Shown: one piece after another, positions 12,300-25,499 of the stretch
Layout: the number at the start of each line of letters is the position of its first letter
Numbering within the stretch: the first letter of the stretch is position 1
Assembly: GCF_006345805.1 (NCBI RefSeq)
Contig: NC_042997.1
Location: forward strand, 204,724,001-204,788,000
Reading direction: 5' to 3'
Origin: Octopus sinensis
Taxonomy: Eukaryota
DNA length: 64,000 nucleotides
Position numbers and translations under genes: made by a program
Notes under the pieces: model-generated
What the model was told of the DNA's origin: nothing
What the model saw: only the letters and a program-made list of their open reading frames with translations
Databases searched by the model: none

Positions 12300-13376
12300 A
12301 TCATCATCATCATCATCATCGTTTAGCGTCCGCTTTCCATGCTAGCATGGGTTGGACGGGTCAACTGGGGTCTGTGAAGCTGGAAGGCTTCGTCAGGCCC
12401 AGTCAGATCTGGCAGTGTTTCTACGGCTGGATGCCCTTCCTAACGCCAACCACTCCGCGAGTGTAGTGGGTGTTTTTTACGTGCCACCTGCACAGGTGCC
12501 AGACAGAGCTGGCGAACGCCCACAAACGGATGGTGCTTTTACGTGTCACCGGCACGGGGCCAGGCGATGCTGGCAACGGACACGAACGGATGGTGCTTTT
12601 ACGTGCCACCGACACGGAGCCAGACAGAGCTGGCAAATGGCCACGAACGGACAGTGCTTTTACGTGTCACCGGCACGGGGGCCAGCCGAGGCTGGCAACG
12701 GACGCGAATGGATGGTGCTTTTACGTGCCACCGACACGGTTGCCAGACAGAGCTGGCAAACGGCCACGAGCGGACGGTGCTTTTACGTGTCACCGGCACG
12801 GGGGCCAGCCAAGGCTGGCAACGGCCACGAACGGATGGTGCTTTTACATGCCACCGACACGGGGCCAGACAGAGCTGTCAAACGGCCACGAACGGACGGT
12901 GCTTTTACGTGTCACCGGCACGGGGCCAGGCGAGGCTGGCAACGAACACGAACGGATGGTGCTTTTACGTGCCACCGACACGGGGCCAGGCAGAGCTGGC
13001 AAACGGCCACGAGCGAATGGTGCTTTTTACGTATCACCGGCACGGGTGCCAGATGAGGCTGACAGCGGACACGAACGGATGGGTCACTTAACCCCTGCTT
13101 TCTGATATATGATTTGATTTTGATTGTTCTCACTGGTCTTGCTGGGTCTTCTCACGCACAGCATACTTCCATAGGTCTCGGTCTCTGGTCATTTCCTTGG
13201 TGAGACCTAGAGTTCTAAGGTCGTGCTTCACCACCTCGACCCAGGTTTTCCTGGGTCTACCTCTTCCACAGGTCCCCTCAACTGCCAGGGTGTGGCACTT
13301 TTTCACACACCTATCTTCATCCATTCTCACCACATGACCATACCAGCGCAATCGTCTCTCTTGCACACAACATCTG

Positions 13377-13378
<2 letters not shown>
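12300..13378 (-). mobile_element. 5'-truncated RTE-clade LINE: ORF C-terminus, 3' UTR and (GAT)n tail
   Basis: ORF 13130-13366 reads RRLRWYGHVVRMDEDRCVKK...GRGRPRKTW, a typical RTE C-terminus. The UTR is CpG-rich and both flanks are TA-rich. Confidence 0.9.
12478..13085. repeat. Minisatellite of 10 units of about 60 bp in an alternating A/B pattern
   Basis: Units are delimited by ggtgcttttac. A units start gtgccaccgacacgg and B units start gtgtcaccggcacgg. Confidence 0.9.
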
Positions 13379-13463
<85 letters not shown>

Positions 13464-13815
13464 TTATTTAAGAATTAGGTACTTAAATTTAGACACCAAG
13501 CTAGTTCAGTATAGTCCGCACAGCTCCAAGTTAGGTGAACAGAATCATCATCATCGTTTAACGTCCATTTTCCATGCTAGCATGGGTTGGACGGTTCGAC
13601 CGGGGTCTGGGAAGCCAGGAGGCTGCACCAGGCTCCAGTCTAATCTGGCAGTGTGTCTACAGCTGGATGCCCTTCCTAACGCCAACTACTCCATGAGTGT
13701 AGTGGGTGCTTTTTATGTGCCACTGGCACAGGTGCCAGGGAAGGCTGGCAACAGCCACGATCGATTGGTGCTTTTTATGTGCCACCGGCACGGAAGCCAG
13801 TCAAGGCTTGTAAAC

Positions 13816-14189
13816 AAGTAATAAGGATGTCCAGGTATAAATACATTGAGGCTGTTTCAAGCAGCTCCATTAATTCCATTTAATGAAAATATTATATGAG
13901 TTTGAAAGAAACCACTCTGCTCAGAAGTTGATGACAATATAGATTTCCAACATAAAGGAGAAACCATTTTTAACAAATTTATATCAATACCAGAAACCAA
14001 AATAATTTCATTGTTTCCTTATCTTATATTTGTGGCAGGATGTATTGATATAAATTTGTTTAAAATGGTTTATCCTTAATATTAGAAATCTATATGGTCA
14101 TTTATGCCTGAGGAGAGCAGTTTCTTTCAAATTGATGGAGCTGCTTGAAACAGCCACAATGTATTTATACCTGGACATCCTTGTTACTT
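13816..14189. mobile_element. MITE with 60-bp terminal inverted repeats
   Basis: 13816-13875 matches the reverse complement of 14130-14189 at 57/60 by eye. No internal ORF. Confidence 0.8.
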
Positions 14190-14291
14190 ATTTATATATA
14201 TATATAGGTTTGCTCTCAGCCCTGAATTCTCCGCAAAAACCTTTTGTGGGTGGGTACTGCCAATATTGGAAGCCCTCAGTCTTATCATAAA

Positions 14292-14672
14292 CTAGCAGTA
14301 TCGCCCGGCGTTGCTCAGGTTTGTAAGGGAAATAACTATAAAGCATTTTTAGAGAGTTATAGCCAAAAAATAGCAAAAAAATGGAAAAAAATGATGGTAA
14401 TTTTTTTTTAGTTAAAAAAGGTGGAGTTGCGTCCCCTAGACAGTTTGCGGTTTGTGTTTCTGATTCTCGACCCCATGTCGAATTTATCGATTTTTTTCAG
14501 AACTGGGGGAACTTTTCAAAATTTTCGCTGCGTTAGTTTTGAATTATGACATTGGGCTATGTGTGTGTCAAGTTTCATCAGAATCGGTTGAAAGCCGTGG
14601 TCAGGGTGAGGGTACAAGAAAACAGACACACAGAAACACGCACAGACAAACTGCCGTTTATATAGAGAGAGA
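14292..14672 (-). mobile_element. Non-autonomous Helitron-like element
   Basis: On the minus strand it runs A|TCTCTCTCTATATAAA ... GCAACGCCGGGCGATACTGCTAG|T. This gives a 5' TC, a 3' CTAG, a subterminal GC hairpin and an A|T target. Confidence 0.75.
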
Positions 14673-14841
14673 TATCTGAGTATTACCAATTGGTTGATAA
14701 CTGATGAAGAATTAGGGGCCTTCTGTGTTTGTCTCCCATCTGGTTGTACATTCAGTATACATTACGTCATTTATTTATTTACCATACATTTTTTCATTTA
14801 TTAAGTAATGGAATGCAACACACACTGAATTTGTGTATATA

Positions 14842-15050
14842 TCTATTATATAAAATCCATTCTGTCTGTCTGTGTGTGTGTCTTCTATGATCTCAGGCAT
14901 CCTCCATCCGATTGCGCTCAAATTTGATATGTAGATACCGACGGTATCAGGGTGTGTGTAAGTCTTCAAAACATTACAAAAACCGATTCCAGGTGAGAAT
15001 GCGATTGATAAAGCCATGGAAATGTGCATATTTGTGTGAATAAAATCGTT
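14842..15050 (+). mobile_element. Helitron-like 5' fragment
   Basis: Starts A|TCTATTATATAAAATCC followed by (TCTG)/(TG)n, the same architecture as the neighbouring element. No 3' CTAG end was found. Confidence 0.55.
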
Positions 15051-15261
15051 TTTCTTTGGAATAGAAAAAAAGTCTATCTTTATTTCTTCTTTTGCTGGTG
15101 TCTCAAATTTAGGTTAAATCAGTGTTTCTCAAAGGGGAGGCCTATGGGACAGTCAGACAAGTTGTTTTGAGAAAATTTGGTTTAAATGTTTGACAACTCA
15201 GCACTGTCTATTGGACAGGGGGCGTTTTGCTCGTATGTATATGTGTGTGTGTATGTGTGTA

Positions 15262-15318
<57 letters not shown>

Positions 15319-15328
15319 TATATATATA

Positions 15329-15459
15329 CCGGAGTAAACACATAAATGTGAAACAAGGTGTAAAAAAGAGTACTCAAATACCAGTGGTAGAGTAATATGC
15401 TTTATTCAAAGCAGCAGAAAATTCAACAAAACCTGAATTTTCTGCTGCTTTGAATAAAG

Positions 15460-15460
<1 letters not shown>
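15329..15460. mobile_element. (TA)n-embedded element, an internally deleted sister of 40010-40240
   Basis: Shares ccggagtaaacacataaatgtgaaacaagg... with the 40010 copy. Has a perfect 26-bp hairpin, 15400-15425 with 15434-15459. Confidence 0.75.
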
Positions 15461-15490
<30 letters not shown>

Positions 15491-15729
15491 GCACATATAT
15501 GTGTATATACAACTGGCTTTCAGTTTCTGTCAGCCAAATCTACTCACAAGTCTTTGGTTGACCTGAGGCAATAGTAGAAGACACTCACCCAAGGTACGAT
15601 GCAATCGTACCTGGGCCTGGAGCCTTGTGGTTCAGAAACAAACTTCTTAACACAGAGCCATGCCTGCACCCATGAATAGTATTTTGTAAATGTGTTTTTG
15701 CTGCTGATGTAAAATAAAAGAAAACCTAC

Positions 15730-15918
15730 CTTCTGCTGGATATCTTTATCTGTGTCTATAAAGTTTGTTGCATCAATATCTCTTAGAAGAGAGCTGACAC
15801 CTACTATTTCTAGTAGTTGCTTTGATGTACAATCTGGCAAAGGTTGAAAGCTGGCAATGCTACTGTTTAGGCTTTGGAGTGGGGATGATTTCACATCAAC
15901 AAGTGAAGAAATATTTTC
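15730..15918 (-). CDS. Coding exon (phase 0 to 0): ENISSLVDVKSSPLQSLNSS...DKDIQQK
   Basis: Acceptor tttttgtctgttgcag|GAA and donor AAG|gtaggt. 189 nt open, and phase-compatible with both neighbouring exons. Confidence 0.8.
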
Positions 15919-15949
15919 CTGCAACAGACAAAAACTATTATAAAAAATA

Positions 15950-16250
15950 TAATAGAACTAGAATAAAGACTCAGTACTGTAATATCCTGGGTTTCAAGGG
16001 TCCACAACTACTCGACATTCTGCCAAACAACCTCAGAGATTTGTGAGGTGTAGATGTGTAGGTCTTCAAAGAGTGCCTAGACAAATTTTTATCTGAGACA
16101 CCAGATGAAAACACATTACAGCAGAGACACAAGGAAGAGCAACACTGTTCAACTTGCCACTTCATTAGAAACAGTACAGAAAAGAAATCCAATCACACTG
16201 AAAGGTGGTGCACCAGCTTGCCCTTAGCCTCTGGTTGAAAACCAGCAAAT
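15950..16250 (+). mobile_element. CR1/L2-like LINE 3' fragment
   Basis: Translates RIKTQYCNILGFKGPQLLDILPNNLRDL*GVDV*VFKECLDKFLSETPDE, resembling LINE RT C-termini. Confidence 0.55.
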
Positions 16251-17169
16251 GATAAAAAAAAATGATAAAAGAGAACACTCTTAAACATGTATAAATGCTA
16301 GTTCTAAAATCTCTCTAAGAGTAAAGTCTGTTTGAATTGATGGCCATGTTAAAGTGGCTATGAACATTAGTTGTTCTTAAAAATGTAGTTTACATCTGTT
16401 TCTTAAAATAGTAGAGCATGGCTTGAAGAAGGGTCATGACTACATAAGTACTTAAAACCAATAGCAAAATCAAAGGACTTTCTACCAGGACATCCTCACT
16501 TGTGGGAGATGCTATAGTCTTCATCATCATTGTTTTACTGTCCACATTTCCATGTTTATTTGAGTTGTACAGAATTCATTGAGGCAGATTTTCTATAACT
16601 GGATGCCCTTCCTGTCACCAACCCTCACCTTTTTTCCAAGCAAGATAATAATTCCCCCCATAGCCAGACATGTTTTTCACAGAATATTGGAAATGAATGA
16701 TATTGCTGATATGACAATGGTAATTATTTGCAAGCAGCCAAGACAAGGAGACAAATACGCATGCACACACACACTCATTCATACATACATACATACACAC
16801 ACTCACATATACACGCATGCGTGCACACACACACACACACACACACACATGTATATGACATATTGCATTTGACCTAGGCAAGTCTGCAAAAGTGAATGTT
16901 AAAATGATGATGAAGATGATTGCACTGATGGTGATGATGATGGTGGTGGTGGTGGTGGTGATGATGATGATTGCAATGGTGATGATGGCAACGATGATGA
17001 GAATGAAAATGATGACATTGATGATGCAAATAATTACAATGATGAAAAAAAAAATTATTTGATTTTAACACAACCAGTCAATGAATCAATACAAAATGTA
17101 ATGATGTTTGTTGCTTGAAATCTCTCCCTACTGATACCAACAGCAATATATAGACACCAGTCAAGTATA

Positions 17170-19700
17170 CTGGGTACCAAACATGTTGAGACCAATTGTA
17201 AGACATTATCTAAATATAGGCACCAGTCAATGTTGTTCTCAAATGGTTCTTGGTGAGGTTTAGTTTCAAAAATAATTGTTCATGCACATAAGTCTTATAT
17301 TGTTTCTAAGTACAGGGATCAATAAGTTTGTAAGTATTTTCCCACTCAGCTAAATATGTTATCTATAGAAGTCAAGTCTGGACACATCATTAGAATGAAA
17401 TTTTGATCTCAATATCATCAAAATGTCATCAATATGCATCTTGTAGAATTCTAATGCAATGTCCATTTCTACATCAAATGAAATAGCAAATAAATTCAAA
17501 TCGATTTCAAGAGAGTGTAAAATCAGTAACATCAAATGAAAAGTTCTTCCTTACTTCTTGGACCATATTCATGAAAATGTCAGTTTCTGGTACTTATTTG
17601 ACAAGTAGGAAAATATGTACAATTTCCACTTGGAAGCTGGCATTTCCATAGTTGTAGCTCTCTTTCCACTATATGCCTCAATACAACTTTGAAATAAAAT
17701 CAAGGTATTTAAATATCTAAATGGTATTATATAATGTCCAAATAGATTCATGAAAATATGGAACTTCCATTCGTTTTGGAGTTTCATGGAATGTTACCAT
17801 CTCTTCATAGTATGCGAATACTCTGTTGTGGGTATGGTTGTTGTGTTGGTAGTCGTGGTTGCTGTTGTTGTTGTTGATGGTTAATGAAAATGTATTTCTG
17901 GTTCTAAGTGAAGAAGTAACTAACAACACTTGTGAACAATTAACAGAATATTTAATTACTGTACATAGTGTTTTATGTGTTGCTTTTTTACAAATACTAA
18001 CAGCAATAATTACATTGTGGGGGAGACATACTGCTTGGGATTCACGACAAGCTTACTGGTATAGCAATCACTTTGGCAGGCCTCATCACAACTGGAAAAT
18101 AATTGCACTGTACTTGTGGCAACAAATATTCCAGTTCTGCTATCTGCCATCCGTCTTAACTGGTTAGATGTGGAGATGAAAATGGAGACAGAACATGTGG
18201 CTGTCTCAGCATTCTGCGATTACCACTAAAAACCACCTTCATATATAGGGGACAATGAGAAAGTTCTAGAAAATTGAATCATGTGATGGCTTGATGTTGA
18301 TTGATCCCTTAGTAGACCAACCATAGGAAACTGTGGTTTGATTGTGATGTCTGCTCAGCTGCCTAGCAATTCAGTTTTGAATCACCCCTACAATTCTTTC
18401 TAGCTTTGAACCTTGACCAATCCAGTGTAAACTGAAAAAATAAACCAGATCCTTATATTCTGCCTCTGTTTTTACCAAAATCTGATGAAGCTGGTGAGGA
18501 TTTAATCCATGAGACAAGAGTAAATTCACTATTTTCAAACAATATCAAAAATATTCTTTAATTTCAAAGATTGGTGCATAATACCTCTTGATGGACAATA
18601 CAATGAATTTTAGCCTGAAGCTTCCCATTTGTCCTTGCAGTAAATGCCATGAAACCATTTTTTCTTCTGCCCCATCATTATTATTGGTGGTGAGCTGGCA
18701 GCATCATTAGCATGCCAGGCAAAATGCTTAGCAGTATTTCGTCTGTTGCTCCATTCTGAGTTCAAATTCCACTGAGGTTGACTTTGCCTTTCATCCTTTT
18801 GGGGTTGATTAAATAGTACCAGTTACGCACTGGGGTAGATGTAATTGACTTAATCCCTTTGTCCTTGTTTGTTTACTCTTTGTTTAGCCCCTTCTGGGCA
18901 ATAAATAATTACCATCATTATTATTGGTGCTCCATCAGTTTTAATGTCAATTAGCTTCAATTGATCAAGTTTTGCTCCTGATATCATTGTCAACAAAGCT
19001 TCCAAAGTGCTGTGTCCTTCATAGGAATTAATTGAATAAACTCTTCAAAACTTTACAAATTTAAGGCTACTCTCTGTACTAGTACCATAAGTTGAGCTGT
19101 GCTTCTCAAGTCTGTGCTTTTATTTAGTGCAGTTGGAGAAAGTTTCAGTTTGTTGCATCAGCATATTTTCAACTCATCATGTGGTTGTTGTTTCTGCAGA
19201 CCAGCTGATAGATGAAAATAAAGGTTTCTTGTCAGGACAAACAATATCTACTACTATCAGTAAACATTCTTTGACAAACATGACCTCTGTAAAAGGTTCG
19301 CTTTTCCACATGAGACTTTGTAGTTGACACAAATATATCCTTTTTTTATCCTACATTTTCTAGAAAAATATTAACATCATTTTTCCAAAACTAACCTTTA
19401 GTTGCTCAACTTTCCTTACCTGCCCAATAAACTTGTTATAATTTCCTTTCTGACTTAAATGTCACCTGATATTTGTTACCTTCTTCATAGTAATATTTTT
19501 CCTGGTTAGAGTACTTGTTATGTAAATGTTTGGTTCATTTAATATCTTGTTTGTGCTAAAGATGTCAGAAAGTCATATGACATGGCTATCAGTGCATGAA
19601 ATGTCTCCTTAGCATACCTTTTAATCATCCAATTCAATTGACAATCCCTAAACAGCAGATAAATATTTCAGGCATGATACACATCCAATATTTTCAATAA
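17170..19700 (-). pseudogene. Decayed hAT transposase (GTF2IRD2/SPIN/Buster-like) with nested insertions
   Basis: Minus-strand motifs occur in the expected order: EPFTEVMFVKECL, ALNKSTD (DESTD), TDGAP, IHCIVHQEVLC, DLVYFFSLHW, LQLWKCQL..GN..YFP, TYVHEQLF. Many stops and frameshifts. Confidence 0.85.
18686..18911 (+). mobile_element. SINE family 1 inserted in the hAT relic with an 18-bp target-site duplication
   Basis: CCATCATTATTATTGGTG occurs at 18672-18689 and again at 18912-18929. Confidence 0.9.
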
Positions 19701-20549
19701 ACTTTTGGTCACAAAATGAAAGTAAATATTTTGACACTATTCAGGAATATCCAATTTTTGTTTTATTTTCCAAATTCTTGTTTTCCACAACTCAGATAAT
19801 TACTTTTGCCAAAAATAAATAAATAAATAAATGAATAAAAAGAACTTTTCAAATTTTTAATTTTTCCCCTACATTCACCACAGTTTTCTTTTTGTTTTGT
19901 TTTTTGAAAATTATTTTCGAATTCTTTAACGATATGGAGATTATGATTATGATATGGAGATTATGACTACACTCGCAGAGTGGTTGGCATTAGGAAGGGC
20001 ATCCAGCTGTAGAAACACTGCCAGATCAGACTGGAGCCTGGTGCAGCCCCTGGCTTCCCAGACCCCGTCGAACCGTCCAACCTGTGCTAGCGCGGAAAAC
20101 GGACGTTAAACGATGATGATAATGATGATTCTGAAAAATATTTTCTTTTTGAATTTCAATTTTTTACCTGCTTATTGCTTAAAATAATCGTCCACTTTTA
20201 TTTTATGATCATAGACTGAAAGAATATGACATATTTTCTTCTTTCAGTAATTATTTAGTGCTATTTAAGCTGTATTTCTTGTTAAAATATGGCGACACAA
20301 TTTGTGTGTACAAATTTAAATGATTCCACCTGAAAAATTTGCACAGAGAGTAATACATAAGAGAATCCTTCTTTGAGAATGTGTATATTCCACAGTTTGG
20401 TTTGGGACAGAATGGAACCAAGGCCCTTCATTCAAGTTCCTTCAGTGTGGTTGAGTGTACGGCCACCACAGATGCTGCACCACCATCAACAGCTGACACA
20501 ATTTCTTTGGGTGCAGATCCATGGCCTCTCAAGACTAACAGATGCCTAC

Positions 20550-20590
<41 letters not shown>

Positions 20591-20606
20591 TGGTAATAAT
20601 AATAAT

Positions 20607-21200
20607 TCAAGATGCTGAAAAGGACCTAGGGGCACCAAAGACCATGTGATAAACAAGGTTATAATAAAGAACTGTAAATGATACCAAAAAAACTGATGGA
20701 TGGCTTCAAAAAGGCTTACGACATGTTGCCACATTCAAGGATTTTGGAAACATTCAACATGTGTAGAATAGCAGAGAATGTGTGTCCACTGATTAAGAAC
20801 AGTATGCCTAATTGGAAAACACATCTATCCTGTAACAACCAGCACTTAGCTGAGGTAAGAATCAAAAGAGGTATTTTCCAAGGAGACTCTTGTTCACCTC
20901 TGTCATTTGTTATAGCCTTGATTCCATTTTCTATAGTCCTACACAAAGTCAATGTGCACTATAAGCTGAGAAAGAATGGACCTTGTCTTAACCACCTTCT
21001 CTTCATGGACGATTTAAAACTGTTTGCAAAAACAGAGCCTGAAATGGAGAGGCTGGTTGAAACTACAGATGTGTAGCAGGGATATAGGGATAGAATTCCT
21101 TATCTCGAAGTGTGCAGTGCTTATTTTGAAGTAGGGGAAAGGAGTAAATTGTAGGGGCATAGAATTGCCAAACAAAGAGAGAATGAAAGACCCGGATGAT
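20607..21200 (+). mobile_element. R4/Dong-like LINE reverse transcriptase fragment
   Basis: ORF 20678-21076 contains FKKAYDMLPH, RGIFQGDSCSPL and HLLFMDDLKL. The fragment begins immediately after an (AAT)n tract. Confidence 0.85.
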
Positions 21201-21985
21201 ATACACTGCTTAATTCACTAAAATATAAAGTCTTGATTTCTTGTTCAGTAACAAAAATTCTTCAGTATTGGACAGGTTTCCTCTTTCTAAGAAGAACAGA
21301 TGTATAAATATACTAAGAGACTGTTTACATGTCTCTGATGATACATTTAGTACAGTCATATGGAGTCTCTACATATAGCCTGACATGCTAAAAATAGCAG
21401 CCAAGTCTTCCACAAATCACACCACACCCACTGCCATAAAAAAAATTGGTAAGGAGAGACTGGATAATGTAGCCTTTGGCAAATTGTATTACAAAAAAAA
21501 TAGTAAAAGGGCATTAGGAAGAAAAATACACGGATGGTTGTTGCTTCTGCCTTTCATCATAAAAGTTGGTCTGTTCTCTGAGGTATGACCTGGGGTTAAA
21601 CAACTTCTACTTATGGGTTGACTAACAGGGTGGAAGCTGTCAAAATCTCACAGATGCATGTGCGCGTGCACACATGAACACACACACACACACACACACA
21701 CACAGAGGCTATATATATATATATATATATACACACACATTGCCGGATCTCAAGTTTCTACTAAATTTGAAAGAGATGCACACTATTATAGAGCAGTAGA
21801 GTAATTAATTAATTAAATTAAATATAAAGATAGATATGGCCCCTTAGATCGGCCATATCTACCTCTCTCTCTCTCTCTCTCTCTCACTCACTCTATCAAT
21901 CTATCTATCTATCTATCTATTTATACGTAAATATGTATTTATATGTATAGTACATATATATAATGTATGTATACATATGTATATA

Positions 21986-24254
21986 TAGAGCTGGGCATAA
22001 GTCCATTAATCCGTTAATCAGTGGAGTTAACATTTTTGTTAACCATTTAACTTCTAAGTTAAGTTTAAAAATCATTATCGGACTAATTAACTTTTGTTAT
22101 ATTTAGCTTCCATTAACTCAAGTCCGTCAACCCAAAAATTTCATAAAAACTGGTAAATGTTTAAAAGTTTCTATTGTTTTCAGATTGTCTTAGCACATTT
22201 AATATTTTACGCATCATTCTTTCTGCCTTTTTTAGGCCCTTGAAAACTTAGAACTATATAATCAGCATTTTTTAACTCTAAAGCAAAAAATAAAATAAAT
22301 AAAAAATAACTATAGTTTTTGGGTTCTAAAGCCCTCAAAAATACCAAAAAGGCACTTTCTAACTCTTTAGTGTTTAAACCAGCCAAAACCTGTTGTATAT
22401 AATTCCTCTATGAAATCTTTTTAAAAAACAAACAAATCATGTTAGTGAATTCTCTTAGCTTTGAGGTAATGTGAGGGCTTTTCTTCCAGAGAGTACAGAA
22501 CTGGGAGAAAAGCAAAATTAACTGAGGTGGATGTCAACAGAGAAAATATTGACTTTTATAAAGTGGAAAAAATACATGAAAGGAAAAAAGTTGGTAAATA
22601 TTTCAGTGTAAATGCAAATAGCTGTTACATGGTAGCAAGGCATGCTAGAAATAGCAGCCAAATTTTTCTTTTTCTGGAAAAAGGAGCCGTTTTCAATGTC
22701 ACATGAGTTCAATGTTACATTTGTTGAAAGAATGCAAAATAATCTAGAAAAGGAAAAAAAGACCTGTGAAACAAAACTCACTTGGTGGGAGATTTCGAGG
22801 TCCCTACCACCCCTACCACCTTTCTTTTCTGGAAAAAGTGGCTTGTAGCAAGTTTGGAGGTCAAATACATTGAATGCACCTGAAAAAATCTGTGGCAAAA
22901 AATTATTCTACACCAATGTAAGAAATATTTACCGAAAGAATATAATCTTGTACTGATTATACCTGTATTTCAATTAATTCAAATTAGTGTACCTCATCTG
23001 GAAAAGTGGCAAAATTTTTGTTGGTTGCCATCTAAGATAATTTCAGTTTTAATGGTTATCTATAAAGTTATTGCTTTTACATCTGCCCATAAAACTCAAA
23101 TTTACTCAGCAAGATCAGCTAAAATTACATAACTATAAACCAGTGTTATATAAAGCACTCACTGACAAAATTTCAAATCTGTATGTAAAACTTTACAAAG
23201 TTACAAGCAAATATTGTGGACACCCCTCTTGAAACTGAAAAATTCAAAATTACGTGAATAAATAAGCATTACATTTGATAGATTAATATGAACACTAAAG
23301 ATGTTTTTAGGTGTTTTTTTTTCTTACACACACACATAACACGGCCTTGTTTGGTTGGGACTACATGTGTGTTACTTTAACATCATCATTCCATAAAATT
23401 TGTTTATGGGGAGATGAATATTGAAAAATATCAATAAATGTGTGAGAAAGAAACAAGGAGGGAGGTTTGGCGATGTGCTAGAAACAACAGCCAGATCACC
23501 CTTAAATCATACATTTTCCTCTGAAATTATTAACAATTTTTTTAAAATCAAAAATCTTTCTCTCATGGGTTTTAAGTGTGTAGTGAAAAAAAAAAGGTCA
23601 AAATCGTTTCAGACTGGGGTGGTGAGGAGGTGGCAAGAGTGAAAAAAAATAATTTTCTAAATTTTTTTTTTTCTTTTCGTGAAAAGATGCCTCCCATCAT
23701 TGTGAAAACTTTGGTGAAAAACATTGGAAAAAATCCCCATCAAATGGAAAAATTACAACTTATGTGGGCCGTTTGATCTGAAACTCTGTTTACCAGAAAC
23801 TCCTCCCCACCACCCGCTTCCAAAAATTTTGCCTACAAATTTCTTTGTAATCGCAATCTACACCATTTGAAAGGAATTCGAATAAAATTGCAATATAAAA
23901 ATACCTATTTTCCAGACTGTCATGAGGGGGAAAATGTTGGGTCCTTTGAATTTTCCAAAACCCTTCCCCAACCCCTCAGAAAAAGTTTTTCTACAGATCT
24001 TTACATACATTCAATCTACAGGATATAAGCGATTATATGTTGAAAGTTAAGTTAAAAATATCCATTTTTCTGGATGTTATGAGGCAACAAAGTCAGTGGG
24101 GTATTCAACTGTATTTATGCCTTGTTTCAATAAAAGTTAACATTAACGGATTAATGTTAACTTCAGTTACATTTTCAAAGAATTAATGGATTAACGAAGT
24201 TAACAGATTAACAATTAATAGTGTTAACTTTTCAATTAATGGTGCCCACCTCTG
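21986..24254. mobile_element. About 2.27-kb non-autonomous DNA transposon with hAT-like termini
   Basis: Left end TAGAGCTGGGCA; right end reverse-complements to CAGAGGTGGGCA. Dense subterminal GTTAAC/CATTAAT motifs at both ends. Flanks TGTATATA and TATATATA are a possible 8-bp TSD within a TA repeat. Confidence 0.65.
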
Positions 24255-24345
24255 TATATATATATATATATATATGTTATATAGAATCTATCCATCTATC
24301 TATCTATATATATATATATATATATATGTAAATATAAATATATAC

Positions 24346-24382
<37 letters not shown>

Positions 24383-25461
24383 CATGCATATATATATATA
24401 TATATATATAAGTTTTTCCATCAAATGAAGTGTTGAGCACTCATTCTCACTGTTCAATACTCTCTCTCTCACACACACACACATACACATATATGCATAT
24501 ATATTAAAATTTATTGAGGAGGCGAGCCAGGGGAGGAAGTGTTGGTGGTGGTAGAAAGCCTTGGAAAATAATGGTATGTCTACGTATGTACACACACACA
24601 CAGAAATGCATAACACATACCTAGACATACTATTATTCCTACTTCTTTCTGTCACCACCACCACCACCACCACTCCCCATCACCTCAACATGTCCTAATT
24701 TCCTGAATCACATGTTCCCATATTCTGTACCCTTAACACTTATATCCACCACCACGCCTCTCTCCCTCCCCATCTCTCTATGACCTAATCTGACACTGAC
24801 ATATTGCAACCAAACTGAATACCACCTCCTGGAGGAAGAGGAGAAGGGGGAGGCGGGGGAGGAACGAAGCCAAAGAAGACAGTGAGGGGGACGAAGGGGA
24901 AGCAGTTCATTGCTGATGTAGTTATTCAGCGTTTAGTACCCTTTCCATTTCCCCTATATCAGTCCTAGCTGAATATACCTATGATCAAAGTGTGTTCCAG
25001 CTGTGACCACCATGTGTTACTTCCAGATGATATAGCTGAGACTGTTACCCAAATTGCTGTAACCTTCCTTTTCCGAAGATGATAGATGATCATTTGAGGT
25101 AAATTTGGGTGTTGTTTCTAGCATACTGAACAAACCACAGAGAGGTACCATTATTTACATGTAGTATGTTGTTGGTTAGTAACATTGGGTATTGACTATG
25201 ATAGAAGCCAGCTGCTGATGTCAAGTATCGTGGGTTAAATGAGGGAACCACTTCATGGTTGCATCATCTGCTTCCAATAGTTGCCAAATATCCCTAAATT
25301 CCACATCTTTGCAGCTTTAGAAATAGTCAGGATGTGTCGGACAAGGTGAGATGGTCATGGCTGTAACATGTTTGTATAGTGACGATATTTATGATAGTAT
25401 TGAGACCAGTGATGGAGGTGATGACAATAGTCATGGTGATTATGATGACAACAATGATGAC

Positions 25462-25499
<38 letters not shown>

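Noticed and set aside
12478-13085. CRISPR-like array
   Set aside because: The intervening sequences are two alternating homologous types, not unique spacers. There are no cas genes, and it lies in a eukaryotic LINE UTR.
12352-13105. Three overlapping ORFs of 180-234 aa
   Set aside because: These are artefacts of a GC-rich minisatellite that lacks stop codons.
17570-17820. MULE transposase resemblance
   Set aside because: Another frame (ERELQLWKCQLPSGNCTYFP) fits the surrounding hAT transposase collinearly.
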